In this document: positions 18,201-29,800 of the stretch, piece by piece
Position numbering within the stretch: the first letter of the stretch is position 1
Layout of the letters: each line of letters opens with the position of its first letter
Translations under genes and position numbers: made by a program
Notes under the pieces: model-generated
Database searches by the model: none
The model's input: only the letters and a program-made list of their open reading frames with translations
Told to the model about the DNA's origin: nothing
Origin: Thermoanaerobaculia bacterium
GTDB lineage: Bacteria; Acidobacteriota; Thermoanaerobaculia; Multivoradales; UBA5704
Length of the DNA stretch: 64,000 bases
NCBI GenBank assembly: GCA_035278895.1
Contig: DATEIO010000954.1
Location: 104-64,103, forward strand
Direction of reading: 5' to 3'

Positions 18201-19475
18201 ACGGAGCTGGTGCGGCGCCACGAGATCCTGCGGACCACCTTCCTCTCGGTCTCCGGCGAGCCCGTGCAGCGCATCCATCCGCCGGCCCCGGTCGACCTCC
18301 CGGTGATCGACCTGGAGGGATTGCCGGAGCCCGTCCGTCTCGACGAGGCGCGCCGCCGGTGCAAGAGCGAGACGACGACCCCCTTCGATCTGGCGCACGA
18401 GGTGATCCGGTTCCGGCTCCTCCGGCTCTCCTCCAAGGATCACGTCATCCTCCTCGGTTTCCACCACATCCTCGGAGACGCCTGGTCGCTGAACGTGATC
18501 GAACGCGAAGTCCGGACCCTGTACGAAGGGTTCCGGGAGGGGCGTCCGGCCGGGTTGCCGGACCTGCCGGTCCAGTACGCCGATTTCGCGTGGTGGCAGC
18601 GCCAGTGGCTGCAGGGGGAGGTCCTCGACGCGCATCTCGCGTACTGGAAGAAGCAGCTCGCCGGGGTGCCGCTGGTCCTCGATCCCGCCGCTCACGAGCC
18701 ACGGCCCCGGGGGGTTGCCCGCCGGCAGGCGGAGAGCCTCGTGGCCCTGGGGCCGGAGATCACGGAGAAGATCAAGGCTCTCGGCCTCCAGCAGGGGACC
18801 ACGCTGTACATGACCCTCCTGTCCGCCTTCTCCGTGCTGATGTCCCGCTTCGCGCAGCAGGACGATCTGGTCCTGGGCACCTCGTTCGCGGGCCGCGAGC
18901 GCGTCGAGACCGAGGGGCTCATCGGGTGCTTCGTCAACGTCCTGCCGATGCGAGCGAATCTCACCGACCGGCCGACGTTCCTGGAGCTTCTGGGGCGCAT
19001 GCGTGAGGTGACGCTGGGCGCCTACGCGCATCAGAACCTCCCCTTCGAGCGCCTGGTCGAAGAGCTGACGGACGAGAGGCGGCTCGGCCGCAATCCGGTC
19101 GTCCAGGTCTTCTTCGGGATCCAGAACGCGCTGGACGTGAAGCTCGGGCTCCCCGGCCTCGAGATGGAGCCCTTCGAGGAGGGATACGAAGAGGTGCGCG
19201 TCGACCTGAGCGTCTGGATGTGGGAATCGGGAGACGCCCTGAAAGGGGTGTGGAGCTACGACACCTCTCTGTTTCTCCCGCAGACCATCGAACGGATGCA
19301 GAAGGGCTTCGAGAATCTCCTCGCAAGCCTCCTCGCCGACCCGGAAGCCCGGGTTCACGACCTGGAGCTCAGGACCGAAGCCGAGAAGGAAGAGCTGCAA
19401 CAACAGGCGAAGGCTCTCAAGCAGTCCAACCTCGAGAGATTCCGCAAAGCGAAGGCCCGGCCGGCTGCTGTCTGA
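13989..19475 (+). CDS. Non-ribosomal peptide synthetase: C*(His-less)-A(Glu-like, interrupted by FkbM-type methyltransferase)-T-C
   Basis: ATG 13989 follows AGAGGGGA. N-terminal C-like domain has MRQQVIEGFRLSPQQRQLW but SAHALCADP in place of HHxxxDG (~14394-14420). A core: YTSGSTGRPK ~15805; by-eye code DAKDLGVVDK. A8: KIRGYRVELGEIE ~16575. Insert 16710-17545. A9/A10: LPDFMVP ~17655, PNGKVDRR ~17715. T: LGGHSLMA ~17880. Terminal C: LPLSFAQQRLWF ~18070, HHILGDAWS ~18465. Stop TGA 19473-19475. Confidence 0.93.
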   Translation: MRQQVIEGFRLSPQQRQLWRHRGTAGAQVVQCAATLEGADPDRWEQALREVAWRHEALRTRFECLPGMEVPIQVIGEEVALPVRRISAGSMAAAGVEEAVRSWMEQERAPFDLRSAPPVRFALASLGAGRDLLILSAHALCADPWSLENLLCDLVQACAAPGDGEAFDAEALGYVQFSEWQNELLEDRENEDEEASAFWARQTRDDGAPLSLPIERAPHRRTTAERAAAPAVRRRLEAAALERAAEACGSSVTTLVLTCWGLLLARLADVGEISMQLYTPGRKFPELQGAIGAFGRYLPLRLRGPAGRSLKAEAARVTERLLEVERWEELFAGRAESGVESGDPADFGFDAEDRQTLFEEGSLRLTVLETEWASQPFRLRLSVSRCAGELELTLRFDPAHFDRGAVHRLADSLESLLRQAARSPETATADLDVLGEAERQQMDAWNATAIDFPDEASLSWRFAAQAERAPEAVAVVAPEGQLTFRALSKRVDRLADRLRGLGVGPEVRVALCLDRSLDLITGILGVLAAGGAYVPFDPWQPAERLAALLEDSGAPVVLCQSRSRGRVPCGAWQVVCLDGESAPLAQEPERCASPAAGPESLAYAIYTSGSTGRPKAALIENRSVANLLLALEREIYSRLDGRRPLRVTLNAPVSFDASVKQWIQLLQGRTLLVVPEEVRADGEALLLWLNQNHVDVLDCTPSQLRLLLAAGLGSEPDRFAIYPRAVLVGGEAIDPGLWAQLARDKGRLFFNVYGPTECTVDTTVCRVEPGGTPSIGGALANVRTYVVDAGWRRTPIGVPGELCIAGAGLARGYAGRPDLTAEKFVPDPFAPEPGARLYRTGDRARFCGDGRLEYLGRVDHQVKIRGYRVELGEIEGVLSRHPGVAQTVAALREDQPGRPRLVAYVTPRRRHAEKVGEGQHELPNGLRVTHQNRNETEYLYREIFESRCYARHGIFLPEDACVFDVGANIGMFTLFVQGECTRPRVYAFEPLSAIHDCLRANSQRYGLDVKLFRFGLSDRERTERFTYYPSYSMMSGQSAYAQPSAEIEVIRRFLENQTASGIAGADALLAEAGDLLANRFRMEEAEVTLRRLSNVMREQGIEHVDLLKIDVQRAELDVLLGIDDEDWPRIDQVVLEVHDGAGEATEGRVAQIRALLEPRGFRVVAEQDELLTGTDRYNVYAIRQGLETRAARACEASGLARLREAGAAELSADGLREHARRWLPDFMVPSDLVILDELPITPNGKVDRRALPAPEEVAAAGQRQVRAPRTPIEEVLVGLFAAVLGLDRVGVDESFFDLGGHSLMATQLMARVRETYRVEMPLRLLFERPTPERLAQSVATALRAGVDVRESIPPVPREGDLPLSFAQQRLWFVQQLEPDATMYNSIKALRARGELDVAALEATFTELVRRHEILRTTFLSVSGEPVQRIHPPAPVDLPVIDLEGLPEPVRLDEARRRCKSETTTPFDLAHEVIRFRLLRLSSKDHVILLGFHHILGDAWSLNVIEREVRTLYEGFREGRPAGLPDLPVQYADFAWWQRQWLQGEVLDAHLAYWKKQLAGVPLVLDPAAHEPRPRGVARRQAESLVALGPEITEKIKALGLQQGTTLYMTLLSAFSVLMSRFAQQDDLVLGTSFAGRERVETEGLIGCFVNVLPMRANLTDRPTFLELLGRMREVTLGAYAHQNLPFERLVEELTDERRLGRNPVVQVFFGIQNALDVKLGLPGLEMEPFEEGYEEVRVDLSVWMWESGDALKGVWSYDTSLFLPQTIERMQKGFENLLASLLADPEARVHDLELRTEAEKEELQQQAKALKQSNLERFRKAKARPAAV
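16710..17545 (+). other. FkbM-family SAM-dependent methyltransferase inserted between A8 and A9 of the adenylation domain
   Basis: About 280 aa are inserted after RLVAYV (~16700) and before LPDFMVP (~17655). The insert contains a VFDVGANIGMF SAM-binding motif (16871-16903) and the stretch YAFEP...RFGLSDRE...LLKIDVQRAELDVL, which is typical of FkbM-type methyltransferases. Confidence 0.8.
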
Positions 19476-19504
19476 CAGGCCTGGAGAGATTTCGGAGGAC
19501 CGCC

Positions 19505-20820
19505 ATGGAACAACTGCAGTCGTCGCTCGAGGGATTCTGGCTTTCTCCCCAGCAGAAGCGCGTGTGGCTCCTGAGCCGGAGCGGCCCCGCTCTGGTCGAA
19601 CAGGGTGTCGTTCTCGTGGAAGGCTCTCTCGATCCGCGCCGCCTCGAAGCGGCGCTGGCGCGGGTTCTCGAGCGGCACGAAATCCTTCGGACCACCTTCA
19701 AAGCGGTGTCCGGCATGGCGTTCCCGCTCCAGGTCGTCGAGGACGGCGCGGACCTCGCGCTGCGCACCATGGACTGGAGCGCCGGAGGCCCCGGAATTGC
19801 GGAGGACGAGGCATTCGACGCCATCCTGCGCGAAGAGCGGGAGACCGGCTTCGACTTCGAGGAAGGGCCGGTCGCACGCTTCTGCCGCATCACGCTCGGC
19901 GGGCAGCGGCACGCGCTGGTGATCACGCTGCCGTCCGTCTGCGGAGATGCGGCGAGCCTCGAAAACCTGGTCGGCGAGATCGGCCGGGAGTATCTCGCGG
20001 AGAGCGGAGTGCCGAGCCTGCAGGAGCAGGAGGAGCCGGTCCAGTACATCCAGTTCTCGGAGTGGCAGAACGAGATCCTGAGCGACACCTCCGAGGAGGG
20101 GGAGCCGGGACGGCGCCACTGGCGGTCGCGCCAGGAGATCTCCGGGCCAGCGCCAAGCCTGCCTCTCGAAGGAGAGGCAGAGGTGGCGCAAGGGGTCTCC
20201 CGGACCTTGCGCCTCTCGCCGGGCCCGGACCTCGGGGCAGGCCTGGCCGCCTGGGCCGCGGCGCGGGGGGTGACGGAGAGCGCGGTCCTCCTCGCAGCCT
20301 GGTGGGGCACGCTCTGCCGGCTGACCGATCGCGAGGAGCTCCGGATTTCCGTGCAGTGCCACGGCCGGGCCTATGAAGAGATGCTCGGGGCCATCGGGCT
20401 CTACGAGCGCTGGCCCGCAATCGGCCGCGGTCTACGCAGCAGCTTCCTGTTTTCGGAGGTGGTCGACTCTTTCTCCCGGGAGCTCGCCGAAGCGCTGGAA
20501 TGGCAGGAGCTCTACGGGCCTGAGGCGCTCGACGGGAGCACCGCCGGAGGCGGGGGATTCGGCTTCGAGTACACCACCCGCCGCGGCGAGCCTTTCCAGG
20601 CGGGGCCGGTGCGCTTCTCCCTGGCGCGGCTCGACGGCTGCACCGAACGCTTCAAGCTCCGCCTCTCCGCAGCGCGCGGTCCGCGAGGGCTCGGGCTCGA
20701 CCTGTGCTTCGATCCGGGCCTGTACGAGGACACGGCGGCGCTGCGCCTCGCGGAGAGCTTCTTCGCCCTGCTCGCCGCGGGTCTGGCAGCGCCCGACACT
20801 CCCGTCCAGGAGCTCGAGGT
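19505..20820 (+). other. Full-length condensation-like domain lacking both His of HHxxxDG (C*)
   Basis: The C1-like motif GFWLSPQQKRVW is present. The C3 position reads LPSVCGDAA (19931-19951), with no His at all. It has its own C-A linker, LEVLGGTELGLLALWN (~20815). Confidence 0.7.
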
Positions 20821-23800
20821 GCTGGGCGGCACGGAGCTTGGGCTCCTCGCCCTGTGGAACCGCACCTCCTGCCCGCGGCCGGCCGAAGAGCGCCTGCACG
20901 AGCTGTTCGCCGAGCAGGCGAGGCGCACCCCCAAGGCCCTGGCGGTGCTCGCCGGCGACGCGCGGCTGACCTTCGCCGAGCTCGACCAGCGGGCCAACCG
21001 GATCGCCTGGCTCCTGGCCGGTCTCGGGATCGGACCCGACGACCGGGTGGCGCTCTGCCTCGAGCGCTCGGCGGACGCCATCGCCGCCCTCCTGGGGATT
21101 CTCAAGGCCGGCGGCGCCTATGTGCCGGTCGACCCCCTGCAGCCGGGCGACCGGCTCGCCGCCATGCTCTCGGACGCCGGGGCCCGGGTGGTCCTGAGTC
21201 AGAGCCGTCTCTCTTCGCGCGTGCCGCCGGGCTCCTGGCGCACGGTGCTTCTGGATGAGGAGAGCGAGCTCCTGGAGCAGCAGCCCGGGACCGCTCCGGA
21301 GGTGAGCGTCACCGCGGAGCACCTAGCCTACGTGATCTATACCTCGGGCTCCACCGGCCGGCCCAAGGGGACGCTCATACGGCACCGGTCCGTGGCCAAC
21401 CTGATCGTCGCTCTCGACCGGGCCATTTACGGCCGGCTGGGAGAGGGGCCGTGGCGGGTGAGCGTCAATGCGCCTCTGTATTTCGACGCCTCGGTCAAGC
21501 AGTGGGTCCGGCTGCTCCGCGGCGACACGCTGGCGATCGTGGCCGAGGAGCTGCGTACCGACGCTCCGGCGCTCCTCGACTGGCTGCGCCGGGAGCAGGT
21601 GGACGTCCTCGACTGCACACCGTCGCTCTTGCGGCTCCTGCTCGGTGCCGGGCTTCCGGCCGCGGATGGCAGGCCTCAGGCCCTGCTGATCGGCGGGGAG
21701 GCGATCGACGCGGCGCTCTGGGAGGCGCTGGCGGCCGACCCTCATCGCCGGTCCTTCAACGTCTACGGCCCCACCGAATGCACCGTCGACGCTGCCATCG
21801 ACGAGATCGCGGCCGGCCGGACGCCGGCCCTCGGCCGGGCGATCGCCAACGTGGAGCTGTACGTCCTCGGCTCGGCGCTGCACCGGCAGCCGCTGGGGAG
21901 CCCGGGTGAGCTGTGCGTGGGCGGGGAAGGGCTGGCGCGCGGCTATCTGGGCCGCCCCGATCTGACGGCGGAGAAGTTCGTGCCCGATCCCTACGGCGGC
22001 CGGCCGGGGGGCCGTCTCTATCGCACGGGCGACCGCGCGCGTTTCCTCCCGGATGGCAGGATCGAGTTCCTCGGCCGCCTGGACCACCAGATCAAGCTGC
22101 GCGGCTTCCGGATCGAGCTGGGCGAGATCGAGGCTGCCCTGGCCAGCCACCCGGAGGTGAGTGAAGCGGTGGCGCTCTTGCGCGAGGACCAGCCCGGCCA
22201 GCCGCGCCTCGTGGCCTATGCCGTGGGGCGGAACCGGGACTGCTCACCGGCGCCGGAAGAGCTGCGCGAGCACCTGCGCGGGCTGCTGCCCGACTACATG
22301 GTCCCGGCCGCCTGCGTGGCCCTCCGGGAGATGCCCCTGACCCGCAACGGCAAGGTCGACCGCCGCGCGCTGCCCGCGCCGGAGGAGGTGGCCACCGAGG
22401 CGCGGGAGCGCCTGACGCCGCGGACCCCCATCGAAGAGATCCTGGTCGGGATCTTTGCCGACGTTCTCGGCATCCAGCCTCCGGGCGCCGACGAGAGCTT
22501 CTTCGAGCTCGGCGGGCACTCGCTTCTGGCCACTCAGCTCATCGCCCGGGTGCGCGAGTCGTTCCGCATCGACCTGCCTCTGCGCGTCCTTTTCGAGGAC
22601 CCCACGGCGGCGGCGCTGGGACCGCGGATCGAAGCCGCTCTGGCAGCCGGAGGCGCTCTGGAGGCGCCGCCACTCCAGGCGATGCCGCGCGAGGGGGACC
22701 TCCCCCTGTCTTTTGCCCAGCAGCGGCTCTGGTTCCTCTGGCAGCTCGAGCCGGACAGCCCGGCGTACAACAACCCCAAGGCCCTGCGGATCCGCGGTCC
22801 GCTGGAGGTCGCCGCCGTGGCGCAGACGCTCCGGGAGATCGTGCGTCGCCACGAGGTCCTGCGCACGACGTTCCCGGCCCTGGAGGGAGAGCCGGTGCAG
22901 CGGATCGAGCCGGCGGCGTTTCTCTCCCTGCCGCGGATCGACCTGTCGTCCCTGCCCGAGGAGGAGCGGGAAGCGGTGGCGCACCACCTTTTCCGCGCGG
23001 ATGCGCGGCGCCCATTCGACCTGGCGTGCGAGATCCCGGTGCGGGCGCAGTTGCTGTGCCTCGACGCCGACGACCATGTCCTGCTTCTCACCTTCCACCA
23101 CATCGCCTGCGACGCCTGGTCGCTGGCGGTTCTGGAGCGCGAGGTGACCCGGCTCTACGAGTCCTTCGCCGCCGGCCGGCCCTCCCCCTTGTCCGAGCTG
23201 CCGGTCCAGTATGTGGACTTCGCGCGCTGGCAGCGCGATTGGCTGCGGGGGGAAGCCCTGGAGCGCCAGCTCGCCCATTGGCGTGGCCGGCTCGAAGGCG
23301 CTCTGCCGGTCCTCGCGCTGCCGCTCGACCGGCCGCGTCCCGCGGTGTCGAGCTCGCGCGGCCGGCGGCAGACGCTCGCGATTCCGGCCCCGCTGTCGCG
23401 CGCCCTGGCCGAGCTGAGCCAGCGGCGGGCGTCGACCCTGTTCATGACTTTGCTGGCCGGCTTCCAGGCCCTGCTGGCCCGCCTCTCGGGGCAGGAGGAC
23501 GTGAGCGTCGGAACCCCGATTGCAGGCCGCCGCCATGTCGAGACCGAAGGGCTGATCGGGTTTTTCGTCAACACCCTCGTGCTGCGCGGACGGATGGAGG
23601 GGAACCCGGCGTTCGAGGATCTCCTGGGACAGGCTCGGGAGACCGCGCTCCAGGCCTACGCTCACCAGGACCTCCCGTTCGAACGCCTGGTCGACGAGCT
23701 CGCTCCGCAGCGCGACATGGCGCACTCGCCGCTCTTCCAGGCCCTGCTCGTTCTGCAGAACGTGGGACGGGACGGTGTGCAGGTCGCCGGCCTGGATCTC

Positions 23801-26800
23801 TCCTCCTTCGGTGCCGGGCCTCTCGTCTCGAAGTTCGATCTGACGTTGAGCCTGACGGAGGGCGCGGAGGGGCTCCAGGGCGGGCTGGAGTACCGCAGCG
23901 AGCTGTTCGATCCGGCGACGATCGCACGGCTCGGCCAGCACCTGATCACCCTGCTGGAGGGAGCCGTCGCCGAGCCGAAGACCCGGTTCGCGGACCTTCC
24001 GCTCCTGACCGCTGCCGAGCGCCACCATCTGCTGGCCGAGTGGAACGACGCTGCGGCCGACATCCCTGAGGTGGCCTTGCACAGCTTGATCGAGGCCCAG
24101 GTCGAGCGTGCTCCGGACGCCGTGGCCGTCACCTTCGCCGGAGAATCGCTGACCTATCGCGAGCTGGATCAGCAAGCCACGGCGCTGGCCTGCCGGTTGC
24201 GCGCCCAGGGGGTCGGCCCGGAGGATCGGGTGGGCCTCTGTGCCGAGCGGTCGCTCGAGCTGGTGGCCGGGCTTCTGGGCATCCTCAAGGCCGGCGGCGC
24301 CTACGTGCCGCTCGACCCGGGGTATCCGGATGCGCGGCTCTCCCAAGTTGCCGAGGACGCCCGGTTCCCGGTGCTGCTGACCCAGGAACCGATGCGGGAA
24401 CGCCTCGCGGCGCTGGCCGGCCCGGAGATCTCTTTGATGGATCTGGCCGCCGGCCCCGCTGCAGACGCCGCCGCGACACCGGCGTGGACGGACAGCGGCG
24501 CCGGCCCCGGCCATGCGGCCTACGTCATCTTCACCTCCGGGTCGACAGGACGCCCGAAGGGAGCGATCAACACTCACCGTGGCATCGTCAACCGCCTGCT
24601 CTGGATGCAGAGCACTTACGGTCTGACGGCTGGGGATTGCGTCCTGCAGAAGACCCCGTTCAGCTTCGACGTCTCGGTGTGGGAATTCTTCTGGCCGCTG
24701 CTGACCGGCGCCCGCCTGGTGCTGGCCCAGCCGGGCGGCCATCAGGATCCGGCCTACCTGGCACGAACCATTGCTGACGAGGGAGTCACCTGTCTCCACT
24801 TCGTGCCTTCGATGCTGCGGGCCTTCCTGGACGAGCCGGATCTGTCGGGCTGCTCGGAGCTGCGGATGGTCATGGCCAGCGGCGAGGCTCTGCCCCTCGA
24901 TCTGGCCAGGCAGTTCCACGAACGTCTGGGCCGACCCTTCGGGACCCGGCTGCACAATCTCTACGGCCCCACGGAAGCGGCGGTGGACGTGACGTTCCAC
25001 GGCTGCCGGTCCGGAGAGGAGAGGGTGCCGATCGGCCGGCCGGTCGCCAACACGCACATCCATCTGCGCGATGCGGCGGGCGGGCTCGCGCCGGTGGGCG
25101 CAGCGGGCGAGCTGCACATTGGTGGCGTGCAGGTCGGGCGCGGTTATCTCGGCCGGCCGGACTTGACCGCAGACCGGTTCGTGCCCGATCCGTTCGGCGC
25201 TCCCGGCAGCCGGCTGTACCGGACCGGTGATCTGGCGCGGCATCTTCCGGACGGCGAGTTGGAGTACCTGGGACGCATCGATCACCAGGTCAAGGTGCGG
25301 GGCTTCCGCATCGAGCTGGCCGAGATCGAGGCGACCCTGGCACAGCACCCGGCCGTTCACGAATCCGTGGTCGTGGCCCGGGAAGGGGCGAACGGTACGG
25401 TCCTCGCCGCCTACGTGGTGCCGGAGGCGGGGAGGAGCGCCGATCCGGCAGCTCTGCGGGATCACCTCAGAGATCGCTTGCCGGAGTTCATGGTGCCTCC
25501 GGCCTGGGTGGTGTTGGATGAATTCCCGCTCCTGCCCAACGGCAAGCTGGACCGCCGGGCCTTGCCGGATCCCGGCCGGATTGAGGCCCCGGGGAGCGGT
25601 GGCCCGGCTCCGCGCACCCCCCTCGAAGAGATCGTGGCCGGGATTTTCGCCGAGGTGCTCGGCATCGGGCTGCCCGGCCCGGAGGCGAGCTTCTTCGATC
25701 TTGGCGGCCATTCGCTGCTCGCTACCCGCGTGATGGCCCGGGTGCGCAGCACGCTTGGAGTGGACCTGCCGCTGCGCACCCTGTTCGAGGCGCCCGCCGC
25801 CGCGACCCTGGCCCGGAGGATCGAAGCCGCGCAGGCGGCCGGCGCCGTCCTCGACATTCCGCCGATCCGGCCCGCGCCGCGCAAGGAGCCTCTCCCGCTG
25901 TCCTTCTCCCAGCAGAGGCTCTGGTTCCTCTGGCAGCTCGAGCCGGCCAGCCCGGCGTACAACGTCCCCCTGGCTCTGCGCATCCACGGGCTGTTGGACG
26001 TGGACGTCCTGGAGCGCGCCCTCTCCGAGGTCGTGCAGCGCCACGAGGCCCTGCGCACGGCCTTCCCGTCGGTGAACGGCGACCCGGTGCAGGTCGTCGA
26101 TCCGGCGGCGCGGCTCGAGCTGCCGCTGGCGGATCTGGCCGACCTGCCGGCCGGGAAGCGCGAAGAGCTGGCGCGGCGCGCCGCCCAGGCCGAGGCACGG
26201 GGTCCCTTCGACCTCTCCCGGGAGCTGCCGGTGCGCGCCAAGCTGCTCCGCCTCGACGCGGAAGATCACCTCCTGCTCCTCACCTTCCATCACATCGTTT
26301 CGGACGCCTGGTCGCTGTCCGTTCTGGAGCGGGAGATGACCGCCCTGTACGAGGCCTTCGCTGCGGGGCGCCCCTCGCCTCTCCAGGACCTGCCGGTCCA
26401 GTACGGCGACTTCGCGGTCTGGCAGCGGCAGTGGCTGCAAGGGGAGACGCTGGAGCGGCAGCTCGCCTTCTGGAGCGATCAGCTCGCCGGCGCCCCGCCG
26501 GTCCTCGACCTGCCGCTGGACCGGCCTCGGCCTCCGGTGGCGGGCCCGCAAGGCGACAGTGTCCCCTTCACCCTGCCTCCCGCCCTGTGCCGCGCCCTTT
26601 CGGGGCTCTGCCGGCAGCGGTCGTCGACTCTGTTCATGACCCTGCTGGCCGGCTTCCAGACTCTGCTGGCCCGCGTTTCCGGCCAGGGAGATGTCAGCGT
26701 CGGGACCCCGATCGCCGGACGGCGCCATGTGGAAACCGAGGGGTTGATCGGATTCTTCGTCAACACGCTCGTGATGCGCGGCCGGTTGGCGAACGATCCC

Positions 26801-29800
26801 ACCTTCGAGGAGCTTCTCGGCCAAGTGCGGGAGACGGCGCTCCAGGCCTATGCCCACCAGGACCTCCCCTTCGAGCGGCTGGTCGACGAGCTGGCCCCCA
26901 CGCGCACCCTGGCGCACACGCCCCTGTTCCAGGTGATGCTCGTGCTGCAGAACGTCGAGCGCAGCGGCGCGTTAAGAGGCGGTCTGCAGCTCTCCCCCTT
27001 CGGCGCCGGGACCGGGGTGACCAAATTCGACCTGAGACTGAGCCTGGCAGAGCGCGGGGACGCGCTCTCCGGCGGGCTGGAGTACCGCACCGACCTGTTC
27101 GACCGGGAGACCCTCGTGCGCCTGGCCGGGCATCTGGAGCGTCTGCTGGAGAGCGCGGTCGCCGAGCCGCGCGCCCGCCTCTCCGAGCTCGCTCTCCTCT
27201 CCTCGGCCGAACGCCACCAGCTCCTGGCCGAGTGGAACGACGCGGCCGTCGAAGTGCCGCAGGAGGCGACCCTGCACGGCCTGTTCGCAGCCCAGGTGGA
27301 GCGCGCGCCCGAGGCCACGGCCGTTCTCGGCGCCGGTGAGCGGTGGACCTATCGCGAGCTCGCCGAACGGGCGTACCGCATTGCCTGGCGGTTGCGCGGT
27401 CTCGGCGTCGGGGCCGAGGACCGGGTGGCCCTCTGCCTGGAGCGCTCGCCGGAGGCCATTGCGGCCCTTCTTGGCGTGCTTGCCGCCGGTGCCGCCTACG
27501 TGCCTCTGGATCCCCGGCAGCCGGCCGGGCGGTTGGCCGACCTGCTCGATGACTGCGGCGCCTCCATCGTGCTCACCACGAGCGCCCTGGCGTCCCGCTT
27601 GCCCTCGGAGGATCGGCGCATCGTTTGCCTCGACGCGGAGCGGGAGGCTCTGGATCGCCTGCCGGCGACCGCCCCGGCTGTGGCCCTTCCGGCCGAAGGG
27701 CTCGCCTACGTCATCTACACCTCGGGCTCGACCGGACGGCCCAAGGGGACGCTGATCCAGCACCGCTCGGTGATCAACCTGGTGAGCGCTCTCGACCGGG
27801 CGGTCTACGACCGCCTGGGCCGCGGGCCCTGGCGGGTGAGCGTCAACGCTCCACTCCTGTTCGACGCCTCGGTCAAGCAGTGGACGCGCCTGCTTCGCGG
27901 CGACGCCCTGGTCCTGGTGCCGGAGGAGCTGCGCGCCGACGGCCCGGCCTTCCTCGCCTGGCTGCGCTCCGCGGAGGTCGACGTGCTCGATTGCACCCCG
28001 TCGCAGCTCCGGTTGCTCTTGGAGGCGGGCCTGGCGGAGACGGACGGAGCGCCGCGGGCCGCCCTGGTCGGGGGCGAGGCCATCGACGCTGCCCTCCGGG
28101 AGACGCTCGCTGCGGATTCGCACCGCCGCTACTTCGACGTCTACGGCCCCACCGAGTGCACGGTGGATGCCGCGATCGGCGAGATCGCGGCCGGCCAGGG
28201 GCCGGGCCTCGGCCGGACGATCGCCAACGTGGAGCTCTTCGTGCTCGATGCAGCGCTCCGGCAACTGCCGCTCGGCGTGCCGGGAGAGCTGTGCATCGGC
28301 GGCGCCGGTCTGGCCCGTGGCTATCTGGGCCGCCCCGACCTGACGGCGGAGAGATTCGTGCCCGATCCGTCCGCCCGGCGCGCCGGGGCCCGGCTGTACC
28401 GCACGGGCGACCGGGCGCGGTTCCTGCCGGACGGCCGTCTCGCGCTCCTCGGCCGCCTCGACCATCAGATCAAGCTGCGCGGCTTCCGCATCGAGCCCGG
28501 CGAGATCGAGGCTGCGCTGGCCAGCCATCCGGCCGTGCACGACGCGGTCGTCCTGCTGCACGAGGACCGGCCCGGGCATCCGCGCCTGGTGGCCTGGGCG
28601 GTGGCGGAGGCCGCTCCGGAAGAGCTGCGCGAGCACCTGCGGCAGCGCCTGCCCGAGCCCATGGTGCCGTCCGCCTGCGTGGTCCTCGACCGGATGCCGC
28701 TGACCCGCAATGGCAAGGTGGACCGCCGCGCGCTGCCCGCTCCTGCCGCGTTGGCGGCAGGCGGTGAAGAGCGGCCGCAGGCGTGGACACCGGGCGAAGA
28801 GATCGTGGCCGGCATCTTCGCCGACGTCCTCGGGATCGAGCGGCCCGGCGCGGAGGCGAGCTTCTTCGATCTCGGCGGCCATTCGCTGCTCGCCACCCGG
28901 GTCATCTCCCGGGTGCGGACCGCGTTCGGCATTGACTTGCCGTTGCGCGCCCTGTTCGAAGAGCCGGCGGTTGCAGGCTTGGCGCGGCGGGTGGAGGAAG
29001 CGAGGGCCGCCAACATGGCTCTGGAGGCTCCGCCGCTCCGGCCGGTGCCGCGCGAGGGGCATCTCCCTCTGTCCTTCGCCCAGCAGCGGCTCTGGTTCCT
29101 CTGGCAGCTCGAGCCCGACAGCCCGGCGTATAACATCCCGCAGGCGCTGCGCATCCGCGGCCCTCTGGACACGGAGGCCCTGGAGCACACCCTCTCCGAG
29201 ATCGTGCGGCGCCACGAGGTCCTGCGCACCACGTTCCCGGCCCTGGAGGGGGAGCCGGTTCAGCACATCGCACCGGCAGCGCAGCTCCAACTGCCGCTCA
29301 CCGACCTGTCGGACCTGCCGGCGGCGGAGCGCGAGGCCATGGCGCGCCGGGCGGCCGGCAGCGAGGCGCGGAACCCGTTCGATCTGGCGCGCGAGATCCC
29401 GGTGCGGGCCCGGTTGCTCCGGCTCGACGCCGCGGACCACGTCCTCCTGCTCACCTTCCACCACATCGCCTCCGATGCCTGGTCGCGGACCGTGCTGCAG
29501 CGGGAGGTGTCGGCTCTGTACGGAGCCTTCGCGGCCGGGCTCCCCTCGCCGCTTCCGGAGCTGCCGATCCAGTATGCGGACTTCGCGCAATGGCAGCGGC
29601 AGTGGCTCCAGGGGGAGGTCCTGGAACGCGAGCTCGCCGACTGGCGCGACCAGCTCGACGGCGCTCCGCCGCTGCTCGACCTGCCCCTGGACCGGCCGCG
29701 GCCGGCGGTCGCGAGCGCGCGCGGCGGGAAGGTGCCCTTCTCCCTGCCGGCCCCCCTGTCGCTCTCCTTGACGGAGCTGAGCCGGCAGCTCTCCTCGACC

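Noticed and set aside
19220-19504. Upstream 95-codon extension of the giant NRPS ORF (track start 19220).
   Set aside because: It overlaps the 3' end of the upstream NRPS (stop 19475) and translates to Arg/Pro-rich junk. A GGAGG-N6-ATG start at 19505 begins the conserved MEQLQSSLEGFWLSPQQ domain.
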